The notes: a model not told the origin generated them from the letters alone. Counted from the stretch's first letter, positions 30,910 to 41,064 are shown. The stretch: DNA of 64,000 bases from Chitinophagales bacterium (GCA_038205215.1 JBBRCB010000009.1:31161-95160); one strand, 5' to 3'. Made by a program: numbers and translations.

Positions 30910-31821
30910 ATGGAAAATAATACATCATTACAACAGCAACTTCTTGAAGCAGGCGTTCACTTCGGACACTTAAAAAAGAAATGGAATCCAAAAATGCTGC
31001 CTTTCATTTTTGCTGAAAAGAAAGGGATACACATTATCGACCTTAACAAAACTGTTGAAGGTTTACAGGAATCTGCAGCGGCTTTGAAAGCTATTGCCCG
31101 CAGCGGTAAAAAAATAATGTTCGTAGCTACTAAAAAACAAGCTAAGGAAATCGTAAGCGAGTGTGCAAGAAAAGTGAACATGCCTTATGTAACCGAACGT
31201 TGGTTAGGTGGTATGCTCACCAACTTCAATACCGTTCGTAAAAGCGTTAAAAAAATGCAGAGCATCGAAAAAATGCTTAACGACGGCAGCGCAGAAAGCC
31301 TGACTAAAAAAGAACGGTTGACCTTAACACGTGATAAAGAAAAACTGGAAAAAGTTTTGGGTGGTATCGCACAGATCAGCCGTGTACCAGCTGCTTTATT
31401 CTTAGTGGATATCGGTCACGAACATATTGCAATGGCCGAAGCAAAAAAATTAGGCATCAGCACTTTTGGTATGGTAGATACCAACTGTGATCCTAATAAA
31501 GTTGACTTTGCTATTCCTGCAAATGATGATGCGACAAAATCAATTTCTATAATCGTTAATTATTTAACTGCGGCTATTGTAGAAGGTTTACAGGAGCGCC
31601 AGGCAGATAAAGACAGCGAAGACGATCATAGTGATGTTGAAGAATCCGCTGAAGCAAAAGCTGCAAGGTTTGAGCAAAAAGTTGATGGTGGCGATGACAG
31701 GAACAAACGCGGCGGCAGCGGTAGAGGTCCTGGTGGACCAGGTGGCCAGCCTAAGCGCAGGGTAGCGGGGCCCGGACAAGGCGGTAGAAGGCCGGCAGGT
31801 GGACCCGGTGGAGCAAGATAA
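30910..31821 (+). CDS. rpsB: 30S ribosomal protein S2 with acidic then Gly/Pro/Arg-rich C-terminal extension
   Basis: Conserved S2 core (GVHFGH...WNPKM). Residues about 237-303 are low-complexity. Confidence 0.95.
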   Translation: MENNTSLQQQLLEAGVHFGHLKKKWNPKMLPFIFAEKKGIHIIDLNKTVEGLQESAAALKAIARSGKKIMFVATKKQAKEIVSECARKVNMPYVTERWLGGMLTNFNTVRKSVKKMQSIEKMLNDGSAESLTKKERLTLTRDKEKLEKVLGGIAQISRVPAALFLVDIGHEHIAMAEAKKLGISTFGMVDTNCDPNKVDFAIPANDDATKSISIIVNYLTAAIVEGLQERQADKDSEDDHSDVEESAEAKAARFEQKVDGGDDRNKRGGSGRGPGGPGGQPKRRVAGPGQGGRRPAGGPGGAR

Positions 31822-31970
31822 GCCCCACCTATCTTCTCCGCCAAATGGCGGAAGGGAAATGAAGGAGATGGTAGCGAAGATGATGTTTGAAGTTTAAAAA
31901 AGTATGTTTGAAAAAATACACTTTCTAATCTAAAACATGATTAATTATTAATTTTTAATTATCAATTACA

Positions 31971-32795
31971 ATGAGTGTTACTATAACAGCAGCAGACATT
32001 AATAAATTACGTCAGGCAACCGGCGCCGGTATGCTTGATTGCCGTAAAGCCTTAACAGAAAGCAACGGGGATTTTGAAGCAGCTATCGACTGGTTGCGTA
32101 AACAGGGCCAAAAGGTAGCGGCTAAACGCAGCGACCGTGAAGCTAAAGAAGGTGTGATCATTGCACAAACCACTGCTGATCATAAAAGCGGTATCATTTT
32201 GTGCATCAGCGCCGAAACAGATTTTGTAAGCCGTAACCCCGAGTTTGTGGCTTTTGTACAAAGCATTGCCAATGCAGCCATCGACCGCAATGCACAAAGC
32301 ATTGAAGAATTAAGTGAAGTAATGATCGGCAACGAAAAAGTAGCTGAATTGATCAATGATAAACTGGCATCTATCGGTGAAAAGATCGGTATCACCCGTT
32401 TTGAAAGAGTAAATGCGGATTACGTGGCTTCTTATATACACGGTGCTAACCGCATGGGTGTATTGGTAGCGATGAACAAGCACGCTTTTGAAGCAGGAAG
32501 AGATGTGGCTATGCAGATCGCCGCTATGAATCCTTTGGCCGTTGATGAAACATCAATAGCTCCGGAAACCATTGCAAGAGAAAGAGAAATTGCGATCGAA
32601 CAAATTAAAGCAGAAGGTAAACCTGCTGAGATGGCTGAAAAGATCGCGATTGGTAAAGTCAATAAATTTTTTAAAGAAAATACGTTGCTTGCACAGCCAT
32701 TTGTAAAAGATAATGGTAAATCAGTAGCGGATTATTTAAAAAGTATCGATGCTGATCTGAAAGTTACAGCATTTAAAAGAGTGGCATTAGGATAA
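31971..32795 (+). CDS. tsf: Translation elongation factor Ts
   Basis: 274 aa. UBA-like N-terminus (LRQATGAGMLDCRKAL). Confidence 0.97.
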   Translation: MSVTITAADINKLRQATGAGMLDCRKALTESNGDFEAAIDWLRKQGQKVAAKRSDREAKEGVIIAQTTADHKSGIILCISAETDFVSRNPEFVAFVQSIANAAIDRNAQSIEELSEVMIGNEKVAELINDKLASIGEKIGITRFERVNADYVASYIHGANRMGVLVAMNKHAFEAGRDVAMQIAAMNPLAVDETSIAPETIAREREIAIEQIKAEGKPAEMAEKIAIGKVNKFFKENTLLAQPFVKDNGKSVADYLKSIDADLKVTAFKRVALG

Positions 32796-32817
32796 CCGAT
32801 CTATATAGCTAATTATA

Positions 32818-32856
32818 AAAAAAGGGTTGTTTCATTTGAAACAACCCTTTGATTTT
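32818..32856 (+). terminator. Intrinsic terminator after tsf (AAAGGGTTGTTTCA/TGAAACAACCCTTT + T-rich)
   Basis: Near-perfect inverted repeat read directly. Confidence 0.7.
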
Positions 32857-33024
32857 AGCAATTATGATTAGTTTACTTTTTCCAGGTTAAGTTCTATGGT
32901 CTTTGCTTTGGAATTATACTTCATGGGCAATATTGTTTAACGGTTTGTCCCTGATAATTAAATAAATCAAATTCTACAAAGAAATTGGGTTATTTAAAAA
33001 ATATAAAAATTAAGAATAGTATTA

Positions 33025-33318
33025 TTATTTTTTAGATTTATTATAAGGAAATTTCTTAGACGAATTTTTCATTAATGAGTTTTTTAATTTATCTGGACTG
33101 CTACCCAATGATCCCCTAACTTCATGATCATATTTCCATAATAATCCGCTCCCAATATCGTACATTGTAAGCGTTACATTTTTTTTATCTGTCGCTCCAC
33201 CAGTACCTAATAATACAGCGATTGCAATGGCACTCCCTTCTGACATAGGCTTGGACGTTATTGCCTTACCTGATATTACAGCATCGACATTTAATAATTT
33301 ACACCACTCACCCTTTTC
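33025..33318 (-). pseudogene. Possible 5'-truncated remnant of a small lipoprotein gene
   Basis: The frame is open from 33318, but the first canonical start is the ATG at 33246. The in-frame upstream part reads ...KLLNVDAVISGKAITSKP-M..., which looks like mid-protein sequence. The surrounding DNA is very AT-rich. Confidence 0.25.
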
Positions 33319-33441
33319 TTACATAATAATATTATTGTAGTGAATGTTTGCTGTTCTTTATATTGCATTTGTCTCATCAACATCTTGGAATGATAAAGTA
33401 TAATTATTTTGACGTTGAAGTAACCAAGTATAATATCTCCT

Positions 33442-33474
33442 CAAAATAAAAAGCGCCCCGGTAAACCGGAACGC
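33442..33474 (-). terminator. Intrinsic terminator after the 184-aa gene (GCGUUCCGG-UUUA-CCGGGGCGC + U5AU4)
   Basis: 9-bp stem, with two G-U pairs that work only on the minus-strand RNA, followed by a T-run. Confidence 0.7.
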
Positions 33475-33504
33475 CTTGGGTTGTATCAGGGCACAGGGAG
33501 TTGG

Positions 33505-34059
33505 TTATCTCGCATATACGCCATTGGGGCTCACTACACTTGCGGGGCCACCGGTAATACCCACAGGTGGTACGATGATATTTATATGTTCACCATTTAT
33601 TTTTAAAGAAACTTTTCCCGCATGTATCTCTACACCCTGTTGATGAAAAGGCGGCATTGCAGCGGGTGCACGGTTAATTAAATAGGGCGCACTGAAATCA
33701 CTCATCTCCACCTCAAAAGTATAACCGGCAACAACGCATTTGCTGGTTGCTTTATCCGCACTGATCTGGATATCGAAGCTTGCACTCAATACAGGCGCCT
33801 GTTCAAACGGGGTGCCTGCGAAGATATTGGGGCCAAAATATTTTCCTACTGTTTCATCAGTACTAACAAAACCCATAACTGCAGGCATGGCATTGGGATC
33901 AGGTTGCCAGAGTATCATACCGCTTGCTGCATTGCCAACGGGCGTATTCACCATACGGCCTAAGTGTATAATTACATTCGGCATTTGCATATCAGCCGAA
34001 GTTACTGCTGCCAGGTCAATCCCGCCTTCCCAGCTCATCCATTTTGAAACATTTGTCAT
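33505..34059 (-). CDS. Hypothetical protein, no family recognised
   Basis: 184-aa ORF. Coding-like composition, richer in GC than its flanks. Has its own terminator. Confidence 0.6.
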   Translation of the reverse strand: MTNVSKWMSWEGGIDLAAVTSADMQMPNVIIHLGRMVNTPVGNAASGMILWQPDPNAMPAVMGFVSTDETVGKYFGPNIFAGTPFEQAPVLSASFDIQISADKATSKCVVAGYTFEVEMSDFSAPYLINRAPAAMPPFHQQGVEIHAGKVSLKINGEHINIIVPPVGITGGPASVVSPNGVYAR

Positions 34060-34129
34060 AAAATAAGTTTAATGATTGATTTTTTAAATTGAAGGATATA
34101 AAAGTATTACAATGAATAATTCCGGTTAA

Positions 34130-34145
34130 TACCCAACACAGGGTA
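34130..34145. promoter_or_regulatory. 7-2-7 inverted repeat TACCCAA-CA-CAGGGTA
   Basis: In the divergent spacer between the 184-aa gene and kinase 2. Member of the family at 36057, 36850, 38725 and 46972. Confidence 0.4.
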
Positions 34146-34307
34146 TTTTACTACAGAATAGCTTTGTACTATTGAATTATTCTGACTGGGTATTTTTATA
34201 CGCCGCTTCTGCTGTATCTTGGTAATAGCTGAATATACAGGAGGCAGGCGAATAAATTATTTTTTCAAATACTATCAGTAGTTTTACCAATAAACCAACA
34301 ATTAAGA

Positions 34308-36014
34308 ATGAGTTGCAGGCATTATATGGTGTGTCTTTTATTATGCTCAGGCAATTTTCTATTTGCACAAACAACTGGAATAAAAAAAAAATTAGACGCT
34401 TTTGAAAGTAGTAATAACCATGTTGCAGCCGTTATAGGGTTGAATCAAATATTAGCTTCAGAAAAATTAACCCTGGAAGATAAACTGGCCGTACAATCTA
34501 AGCTGATCAGTAAATATCAGCAATTACAAAAATGGGATACCTGCCTTAGTTATTGCCAGGCGCAGGTTACATTAGCTCACCAGCAAAACAATACTTTGGC
34601 AGAAGCTACTTTTTACAAACTGATTGCAAATACTTACTATCATGTTCCTGATAAAGAAAAAGCAATAATGTATTGGGAAAAGTGCATTGCTATCAGCGAA
34701 CAAAATAATTACAACGTTTTATTAGAACAATGCTATCATAATATTGGAGCAGTTAATTTAGAAAATAATACCAACCTGGATATTGCAGAACAATATTTTC
34801 TAAAGTCTTTAAAATTAGGATTGGTAAATAATAAAGAAAATTCCTCCGATAACAACCGGCATTACCGTTTATTAGCTACGCTTTACACACAAACCAATCA
34901 ACTGAAAAAGGCCGAACAATTATACCTGGAGGTAATAGAAAAAAATAAAATTATAGAAGATACGGCTCAGTTGGCAGAAGCATTAATGTTTTATTCAGAA
35001 GTATTAAGCAGGGAAAATAAATTTGAAAAAGCTACTCAGGTAAGTGCTGAAGCTTTATCCCTATCAAAAAAAATTAATCAATTAGACATGACCCAAACAG
35101 CATTGGGGTTTTATTCAAGAAACTTATACGTATCGGGTAATTACAAAGCCGCTTATGAAGCAAAGGAAGAACTGGAACAAATTATAAGAACCCGGTTTAA
35201 CGGCGATTTAAATAAAAAAGTTGGTGAGGCAGAAGCAAAATTTAAAAATGCCGAGATACAACATGAACAGGAAATCGCAATAGTTAAGGAAAAAAAGAAA
35301 ATACAAATTTATATTTTAGCATTTATAAGTTTGCTGGCTATAACAGGGGTATTTTTGAACTTTTGGTATCAAAAAAGAAATGCAAAACAACAATTACAAA
35401 TGCAAGTGCAGGTGCAGGAAGAAAAGGAAAGATTAAGCAGGGATTTGCATGATAACCTGGGTTCTCAAATGGCATTACTATCCAATAATGTTGAAAGCCT
35501 GGATACCAATTATAAAAAGCAAAACAGCATTAATGAGAATATCGAAAATGTAAAAGGAACATCAAAACAGCTATTACAAACATTAAGGGAAACAATTTGG
35601 ATATTAAATAAGGAACAAATTTCTGCTCAAGATTTTTTTGACAAGCTTATCGACCATGCACACAGGTATATTCAAACTGTTGCCGGCATGCGGCTGCAGG
35701 TAAATCAAGATTTTAGGGAGAATAAAATACTTAATTCCAATGAGGCACTACAGTTATTTCGCATTTGCCAGGAAGCGGTTACCAATGCCTGTAAATACTC
35801 CGCCGCAGAAATACTGGAGATATCTGGTATAGTAAATAATAATAAACTTACCATCAGCATAGCTGATAATGGTAAAGGCTTTGCTATAGATAAAATAGCG
35901 GGCAAAGAACAATATGGCTTAAAAAACATGGCACAAAGAGCTGCAGCTGTTGATGCAGTTTTTATAATAGAGGCAGCAGAAAAAGAAGGGGTTTTAGTTA
36001 GAGTTATTTTATAA
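34308..36014 (+). CDS. Sensor histidine kinase, signal peptide + TPR repeats + TM + HisKA_3 + HATPase_c (paralog of 3037-5001)
   Basis: 568 aa. TM IYILAFISLLAITGVFLNFWY. H-box DLHDNLG. ATP-lid DNGKGF. Confidence 0.88.
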   Translation: MSCRHYMVCLLLCSGNFLFAQTTGIKKKLDAFESSNNHVAAVIGLNQILASEKLTLEDKLAVQSKLISKYQQLQKWDTCLSYCQAQVTLAHQQNNTLAEATFYKLIANTYYHVPDKEKAIMYWEKCIAISEQNNYNVLLEQCYHNIGAVNLENNTNLDIAEQYFLKSLKLGLVNNKENSSDNNRHYRLLATLYTQTNQLKKAEQLYLEVIEKNKIIEDTAQLAEALMFYSEVLSRENKFEKATQVSAEALSLSKKINQLDMTQTALGFYSRNLYVSGNYKAAYEAKEELEQIIRTRFNGDLNKKVGEAEAKFKNAEIQHEQEIAIVKEKKKIQIYILAFISLLAITGVFLNFWYQKRNAKQQLQMQVQVQEEKERLSRDLHDNLGSQMALLSNNVESLDTNYKKQNSINENIENVKGTSKQLLQTLRETIWILNKEQISAQDFFDKLIDHAHRYIQTVAGMRLQVNQDFRENKILNSNEALQLFRICQEAVTNACKYSAAEILEISGIVNNNKLTISIADNGKGFAIDKIAGKEQYGLKNMAQRAAAVDAVFIIEAAEKEGVLVRVIL

Positions 36015-36056
36015 CCCATAATTTAAAACGATATTACGTGTTGCTGAAAAATAAAA

Positions 36057-36072
36057 TGCCCCACAGAGGGTA
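36057..36072. promoter_or_regulatory. 7-2-7 inverted repeat TGCCCCA-CA-GAGGGTA
   Basis: Between the kinase 2 stop and the regulator 2 start (35 nt upstream of the ATG). Confidence 0.4.
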
Positions 36073-36106
36073 TTTACTTTACTATTGATAATTCTAATTT
36101 TGTATT

Positions 36107-36775
36107 ATGTTTATAGGTATAGTTGATGATAAAGCATACTTACGCAATTCATTAAAAGAAAAATTATCTTCTGTTGAAAATGATTTTACCATTGTATTAG
36201 AGGCCAATGACGGCAGCGATTTTTTAACAAAGTTAAAATTAATGAAAGAAAAGCCTGATGTAGTACTGATGGATATTGAGATGAATGAATTAAATGGTAT
36301 TGAAACGGTGCAGATTGCCGCACCACTATTTCCTTCAGTAAAATTTATAATGCTTACTGTATTTGATGATGACGAGAGAATTTTTAATGCTATTAAAGCC
36401 GGGGCACATGGCTACTTATTAAAAGAAGAATCGGCACAAAATATAATTGATGCAGTGTACCAGGTATACCAGGACGAGGGCGCACCCATGAGCCCGGGTA
36501 TTGCCCGTAAAGCATGGAAGTGGTTAACGGCAATAACGACACAGCCGGGTACCGAAAAAAAATCATCCACAGCAAGCATGATAGAACCGCTAAGTGAAAG
36601 GGAAAAAGAAATTTTAAAATTTAGTATGGAGGGCAAAGAGTATGCTCAAATAGCCGGGGAGCTTTTTTTAAGCAAACATACTGTTCGCCAGCATATGAAA
36701 AATATCTACAGCAAACTGCACGTAAGCAACAAAATAGAAGCCCTGCAAATAAGCTTAAAAAACAAGTGGATTTAA
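36107..36775 (+). CDS. NarL/FixJ (LuxR)-family response regulator (paralog of 2305-2985)
   Basis: 222 aa. Shares blocks LT[IV]FDDD..IF.AIKAGAHGYLLK and GAPMS..IARKA with the first regulator. LuxR HTH at the C-terminus. Confidence 0.9.
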   Translation: MFIGIVDDKAYLRNSLKEKLSSVENDFTIVLEANDGSDFLTKLKLMKEKPDVVLMDIEMNELNGIETVQIAAPLFPSVKFIMLTVFDDDERIFNAIKAGAHGYLLKEESAQNIIDAVYQVYQDEGAPMSPGIARKAWKWLTAITTQPGTEKKSSTASMIEPLSEREKEILKFSMEGKEYAQIAGELFLSKHTVRQHMKNIYSKLHVSNKIEALQISLKNKWI

Positions 36776-36849
36776 AATAGTAGCAAATCTTTCAATACTT
36801 AGCAGCAACTGCAGCAATACATCCAAACAGCATAGTTTATTTATTAAAA

Positions 36850-36865
36850 TGCCTCACAGAGGGTA
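36850..36865. promoter_or_regulatory. 7-2-7 inverted repeat TGCCTCA-CA-GAGGGTA
   Basis: 93 nt upstream of the TPR-protein gene. 20 of 21 nt identical to the context of the 36057 site (AAATGCC[C/T]CACAGAGGGTAT). Confidence 0.4.
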
Positions 36866-36957
36866 TAGTTTGGGCGATTAATAAAGGAGATTTTTATGCT
36901 ATAGAATGTACAGATGAAAACCAGCGTAGTATACAAAACAAAACCAGCGATTAAATT

Positions 36958-38703
36958 ATGAAAAAAATAGTAACATTTTTTGCGGCAATTGTTTTTAGTC
37001 AATTACTGTTGGCTCAAACTTTACAAATTTCACCAGAAGATGAAATAAAAGCAAAGCAACAGTTCGAAAAAACACGCCAGGCAATTTTAAAATGTAAAGG
37101 ATTAAGCAAAGACAGTATAGTAAGAATAGTACTAAAATTAGAGAAGAACCCGAAATCAGTAGATTTACAGGATTATATAGTGTTCTTGAATTCCAGGGGT
37201 AATTACTTTGAAAATTTTGGAGACAAAATACAGTCATTAGTATTGCTAAGAAATGCACTGACCAATACTTTATCTACCAAAGCAGAACTGGAAAGCGCAG
37301 CAGATAGCTACAAATTTGCAGATACATTTTATTTTCGTTATGCCTTGGACGCTCAGGTACGTGCCAACGTATCAAGTAGCGATGATCCAATTGCAGGGTA
37401 TTACTATTATAAAAACCTGTTTGACTATGCCCGTTGTTCATTTAAGATAAAGCAATATAAGGAGGCATGGATATATTATCAAACTGTGGCAAAATATTAT
37501 TTGCCCGATTCTTCTTACTACATGGCTGCAAAGGCAATGGCAAAAGATAATGAAAAGGCAGAGGCGTGGGCAAAGGAAGCACTAAATAAACAAGTACTGG
37601 AAGAATTCAACAAAGCGATACAGCTAAATCCTTCCAATAAACTATATGTTGGTGATAGAGGTAAATTTTATTTACTAAACCTTAAAGACACTGCTAATGC
37701 CTTAGCAGATTTTAGCACAGCTGTTCAGCTTGGCACAACTGATGATGAATTATATTATCGGCTGGCTTTGCTAAATTATTTTAAACAGAAAAACTCACAG
37801 GAGGCTATAAAAAATTTAAGCACCTGCATAAAGCTAAAGCCAGAAAATGCAGACTATTATTACATTAGAGGAGCACTTAATAAAGATTTAAAAAATTATG
37901 CAGCCGCTTTGCCGGATTTTAAAAATGCGATACAATATGGAAAGGCTAATGCTGATTATTACAATGGCAGTGCATTTTGTAATGCTCAATTGAATAATTA
38001 TACAGCCGCCTACGATGATTATAGTGTGGCGCTTTTGCTAAACCCTAAGGATGATTATGCAAGAAGCAGTTTAAAAACATTAGATCCGGTTTTACAAACT
38101 GAATATACAAAAATGGGGTTTACGCCTCAAAATGCATTTCAATTTTTTATGAAGATTGGCGATGACTATGTAAATAATAACGACCAACTTCATGCGGCTT
38201 TAAACTATGTTAAATGTACCCAGGTAGATCCTAAAAATCCACAGCCCTACAATAAAGCAGGTAAAATATTCAGCAATTACAATATGAATACTTATGCTGA
38301 GCAATTTTTACGTTATGCCGCCTATGCCGATGGTAAAAACCCCGAGTACTTTTTTAATCTTGCTAAGTTCTATTTAAATAACCTGGAGGATTTCAATAAA
38401 GCATCTGGCATTTTAGATACCGCTGCTTTATTGGGTTCAAAAAATGCAGATGCCTATTTTTTAAATGGTGTATGCAAACAATATGCACTAAAAAATATTG
38501 CGGCTGCTTTAATAGACTATTCTACAGCATTAACGCTTAACCCAAATTTTATTGAAGCATTAAAATCAAGGGGCAACTTATTGTTTGAAGAACAAAAAAA
38601 TTACAAAGCGGCTTTATCAGATTACAAGGCATTACAAAAGCTTGATCCTGAAAATGAGTTGTATAAAGAATATATTAAAAAAGCTACCGAAAAACTAAAC
38701 TGA
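36958..38703 (+). CDS. Exported TPR-repeat protein
   Basis: 581 aa. Signal peptide MKKIVTFFAAIVFSQLLLAQ. Multiple TPR units (e.g. AI.L.P.NA.YY..RG). Confidence 0.8.
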   Translation: MKKIVTFFAAIVFSQLLLAQTLQISPEDEIKAKQQFEKTRQAILKCKGLSKDSIVRIVLKLEKNPKSVDLQDYIVFLNSRGNYFENFGDKIQSLVLLRNALTNTLSTKAELESAADSYKFADTFYFRYALDAQVRANVSSSDDPIAGYYYYKNLFDYARCSFKIKQYKEAWIYYQTVAKYYLPDSSYYMAAKAMAKDNEKAEAWAKEALNKQVLEEFNKAIQLNPSNKLYVGDRGKFYLLNLKDTANALADFSTAVQLGTTDDELYYRLALLNYFKQKNSQEAIKNLSTCIKLKPENADYYYIRGALNKDLKNYAAALPDFKNAIQYGKANADYYNGSAFCNAQLNNYTAAYDDYSVALLLNPKDDYARSSLKTLDPVLQTEYTKMGFTPQNAFQFFMKIGDDYVNNNDQLHAALNYVKCTQVDPKNPQPYNKAGKIFSNYNMNTYAEQFLRYAAYADGKNPEYFFNLAKFYLNNLEDFNKASGILDTAALLGSKNADAYFLNGVCKQYALKNIAAALIDYSTALTLNPNFIEALKSRGNLLFEEQKNYKAALSDYKALQKLDPENELYKEYIKKATEKLN

Positions 38704-38724
38704 AGTTTGACCTATAAATAGAAA

Positions 38725-38740
38725 GGACTTACAGAGAGTA
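38725..38740. promoter_or_regulatory. Degenerate 7-2-7-like site GGACTTA-CA-GAGAGTA
   Basis: The right half and centre (ACAGAGAGTA) resemble the 36057 and 36850 sites. The left half is weak. Lies 78 nt upstream of the next gene. Confidence 0.2.
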
Positions 38741-38817
38741 ACACTTCTTTTATAAAATTTAAAAAAATATTAAACAAACTTAAATCCTGCAAGGCGGGAA
38801 TAAAAATGAGACCGAAA

Positions 38818-40272
38818 ATGAAAAGAGTATTAGCGTTGATATTTTTTTGTGCAATTTTTTACAGCACCAATGCGCAGTCTGATGGTAAAAATAAAAATGC
38901 TTTGCTTAATGCCATCGCATTTACCAGCGACCCTATAGTTTTTAACGAGTATTTTTTATTTTACCAGCGGCTTACCAATACCAGTGACCTGGGTTTCGAC
39001 TGGATTTTTAATACTAAAAATCCGGATTCACTTGAAATAAAATTCATTTATGTCTACCCCAATGCGCCTTTTGCAAAAGCTGTGGATTTTGCTATTAATA
39101 ATAATGTTACCACTATTGTTGCAATTGAAGGAAAATCTACAGCAAAAATGACGAGGGCAGAGGCTACAGATTTGATGAAAGGCAAACCGGGAACCAATTG
39201 TGCATTAACGCTACGGGCGAAAAACAGTAACATAGATGTAATTATACAAAAAAAAGTAAAGAGAGAAAGCTACAGCAGCCCGGCTAAAAACAATTACGAG
39301 AAGGGGATTACAGCCTTCAAGCAAGCAAAAATTGACGAAGCCATAAAATACTTTAGTGATTACAGCTATCCTGAATCGCAAATAATACTTTTCAAAATCT
39401 ACAGCGGCAGAATTTTAGATGAAATTGATATTACTAATAATACTTACGGTTATGTATTGCAAAAATTACGCAATCTTGTTAATACAGACAGTATAAAAAA
39501 ATACAGCGAAAATAAAACAGATAATCCAACTATAACAGCACTTGTATCATTGTATTGCTACAGTTATAAATTCAATACGCCTGATCTTACCACTGCAAAA
39601 AATATGCTGACAAAAAAGGCTGCCGATGATGGTGATGTACGATCGCAGGAATTAATGGCATATTTACATGCCTGGCATTTTAGCGATGAAGATTATATTT
39701 CAAAAGATATATTACCCGACAGGCAGCAAGCCTATTACTGGTATAATAGAGCTATTGCGGGCGGCTCAAAAGAAGGTCCAAAAATGCAGGAAGCTATTTT
39801 AAAAATGAAAACTTCAATTGGGTTAGACCTTGCCCATAACCACGTTTTTACTTTCAAAGACGCAAAAGCGGTAACTAAAGTGGCACATTTAAGGCATGGG
39901 TTAATGGGTATTATACCTGACTACATTTCACCATTTGGTATAAATGGTTTTGAGGACGGCGTGGTGTATACTAAAGAAACATCACATTTTCCTTTTACAT
40001 GGACTACGCATATTATAAAAGATAAAGATTTTGCTATTAAAAATTTTGACGATGCCTTCTATGTTTTTAAAAATGAATTTACAAAGTATGACTTTAAAGA
40101 TATCGAATGGTTATATGCCCGTGAGCAGAAAGGCAATTTGCTAAAATACGAACTCGCTAAGTTTACCTCAGTAGAAAAGGATGGTAAATCATATAAAATG
40201 CGAATGGCACTTTATATGGAAGAAGTAAAAGGTGGATACCAAATTAATTTGCAATACGATGAAGAAAAGTAA
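38818..40272 (+). CDS. Exported protein with PDZ-like segment, Sel1-like repeats and an unassigned C-terminal domain
   Basis: Signal peptide MKRVLALIFFCAIFYSTNAQ. PDZ-like IVAIEGKSTAKMTRAEATDLMKGKPGTNCALTL. SLR-like QQAYYWYNRAIAGGSKEG. Confidence 0.7.
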   Translation: MKRVLALIFFCAIFYSTNAQSDGKNKNALLNAIAFTSDPIVFNEYFLFYQRLTNTSDLGFDWIFNTKNPDSLEIKFIYVYPNAPFAKAVDFAINNNVTTIVAIEGKSTAKMTRAEATDLMKGKPGTNCALTLRAKNSNIDVIIQKKVKRESYSSPAKNNYEKGITAFKQAKIDEAIKYFSDYSYPESQIILFKIYSGRILDEIDITNNTYGYVLQKLRNLVNTDSIKKYSENKTDNPTITALVSLYCYSYKFNTPDLTTAKNMLTKKAADDGDVRSQELMAYLHAWHFSDEDYISKDILPDRQQAYYWYNRAIAGGSKEGPKMQEAILKMKTSIGLDLAHNHVFTFKDAKAVTKVAHLRHGLMGIIPDYISPFGINGFEDGVVYTKETSHFPFTWTTHIIKDKDFAIKNFDDAFYVFKNEFTKYDFKDIEWLYAREQKGNLLKYELAKFTSVEKDGKSYKMRMALYMEEVKGGYQINLQYDEEK

Positions 40273-40320
40273 CACTACAAAAACCCATTATTTAAAATTA
40301 AAAAAAATAAAGTTTACAAT

Positions 40321-41034
40321 ATGAAAAAAATATGCTTAAGTGCCCTTTTGTTGATATGCTCAATAATTGCTTTTGGCCAAAAAAAGAAAACTGCCATTGA
40401 AGGTAAAGCGCTCTATTTTGGTGTAGCTTATTCAAAACCAGTTAGAGCTGAATTTGATAAATACATGGCGGTAATAAGCGATTCGCTTAAACTTACCAAT
40501 CCATTGCTGGTAAAAAGCAGTTACGGTATTCATGCAGGCATTAGTTTTAGAAATGGCAATGGCGAATTTGAAGCCGGTGGCAGTTATTCATTTGGCATCA
40601 CCGCTAAAAGCAGCAATACTAATAATAGTACTACAGCAACTTTAGCTACAAATACATTTGATATTCATTTTGGATACAACCAATATATTGCCGGTCCGCT
40701 TTTTATAGGTTTTGACTTAGGTGTAATAAGCAATGATGCAAAATTTACCACTAAAGGAGGTAATACCTCAATTTTTGAATCAACACCCGAAAGCCACAAC
40801 CCGTTTAAAGGGTATGTGTTTTTTGCAAGGCCAAAGGCCGGCTTCTTTTTTCCTTTTAAAAAAGATAAGCTATCAGGATTTAAGTTGAATGCCTTTTATG
40901 ATTTAAGCATATCTAAATATGATTTTTATAATAAAGATATTTTACCCAATAGGTTAAAAAATTATAAAGGAGATACAAAATCTGCTTATAAAGGATTGGG
41001 CGTGCAGGCAAGCTTGGTATTTGCAATGGATTAG
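40321..41034 (+). CDS. Exported protein, possibly a small outer-membrane beta-barrel
   Basis: 237 aa. Signal peptide. Alternating hydrophobic pattern rich in G/S/Y/F. The C-terminal residue is not aromatic, so the barrel call is weak. Confidence 0.6.
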   Translation: MKKICLSALLLICSIIAFGQKKKTAIEGKALYFGVAYSKPVRAEFDKYMAVISDSLKLTNPLLVKSSYGIHAGISFRNGNGEFEAGGSYSFGITAKSSNTNNSTTATLATNTFDIHFGYNQYIAGPLFIGFDLGVISNDAKFTTKGGNTSIFESTPESHNPFKGYVFFARPKAGFFFPFKKDKLSGFKLNAFYDLSISKYDFYNKDILPNRLKNYKGDTKSAYKGLGVQASLVFAMD

Positions 41035-41064
41035 TAAAATTTAACTATTTAAAAAAACATAATT

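Noticed and set aside
31588-31844. Two minus-strand ORFs (63 and 72 aa, Pro/Gly/Ala-rich)
   Set aside because: They are antisense products of the GC-rich RGG/PGG tail of rpsB, so a compositional artefact.
36095-36102. TAATTTTG resembling the Bacteroidetes -7 promoter box upstream of regulator 2
   Set aside because: It ends only 4 nt before the ATG, so a transcript initiated from it would lack the start codon. Probably fortuitous.
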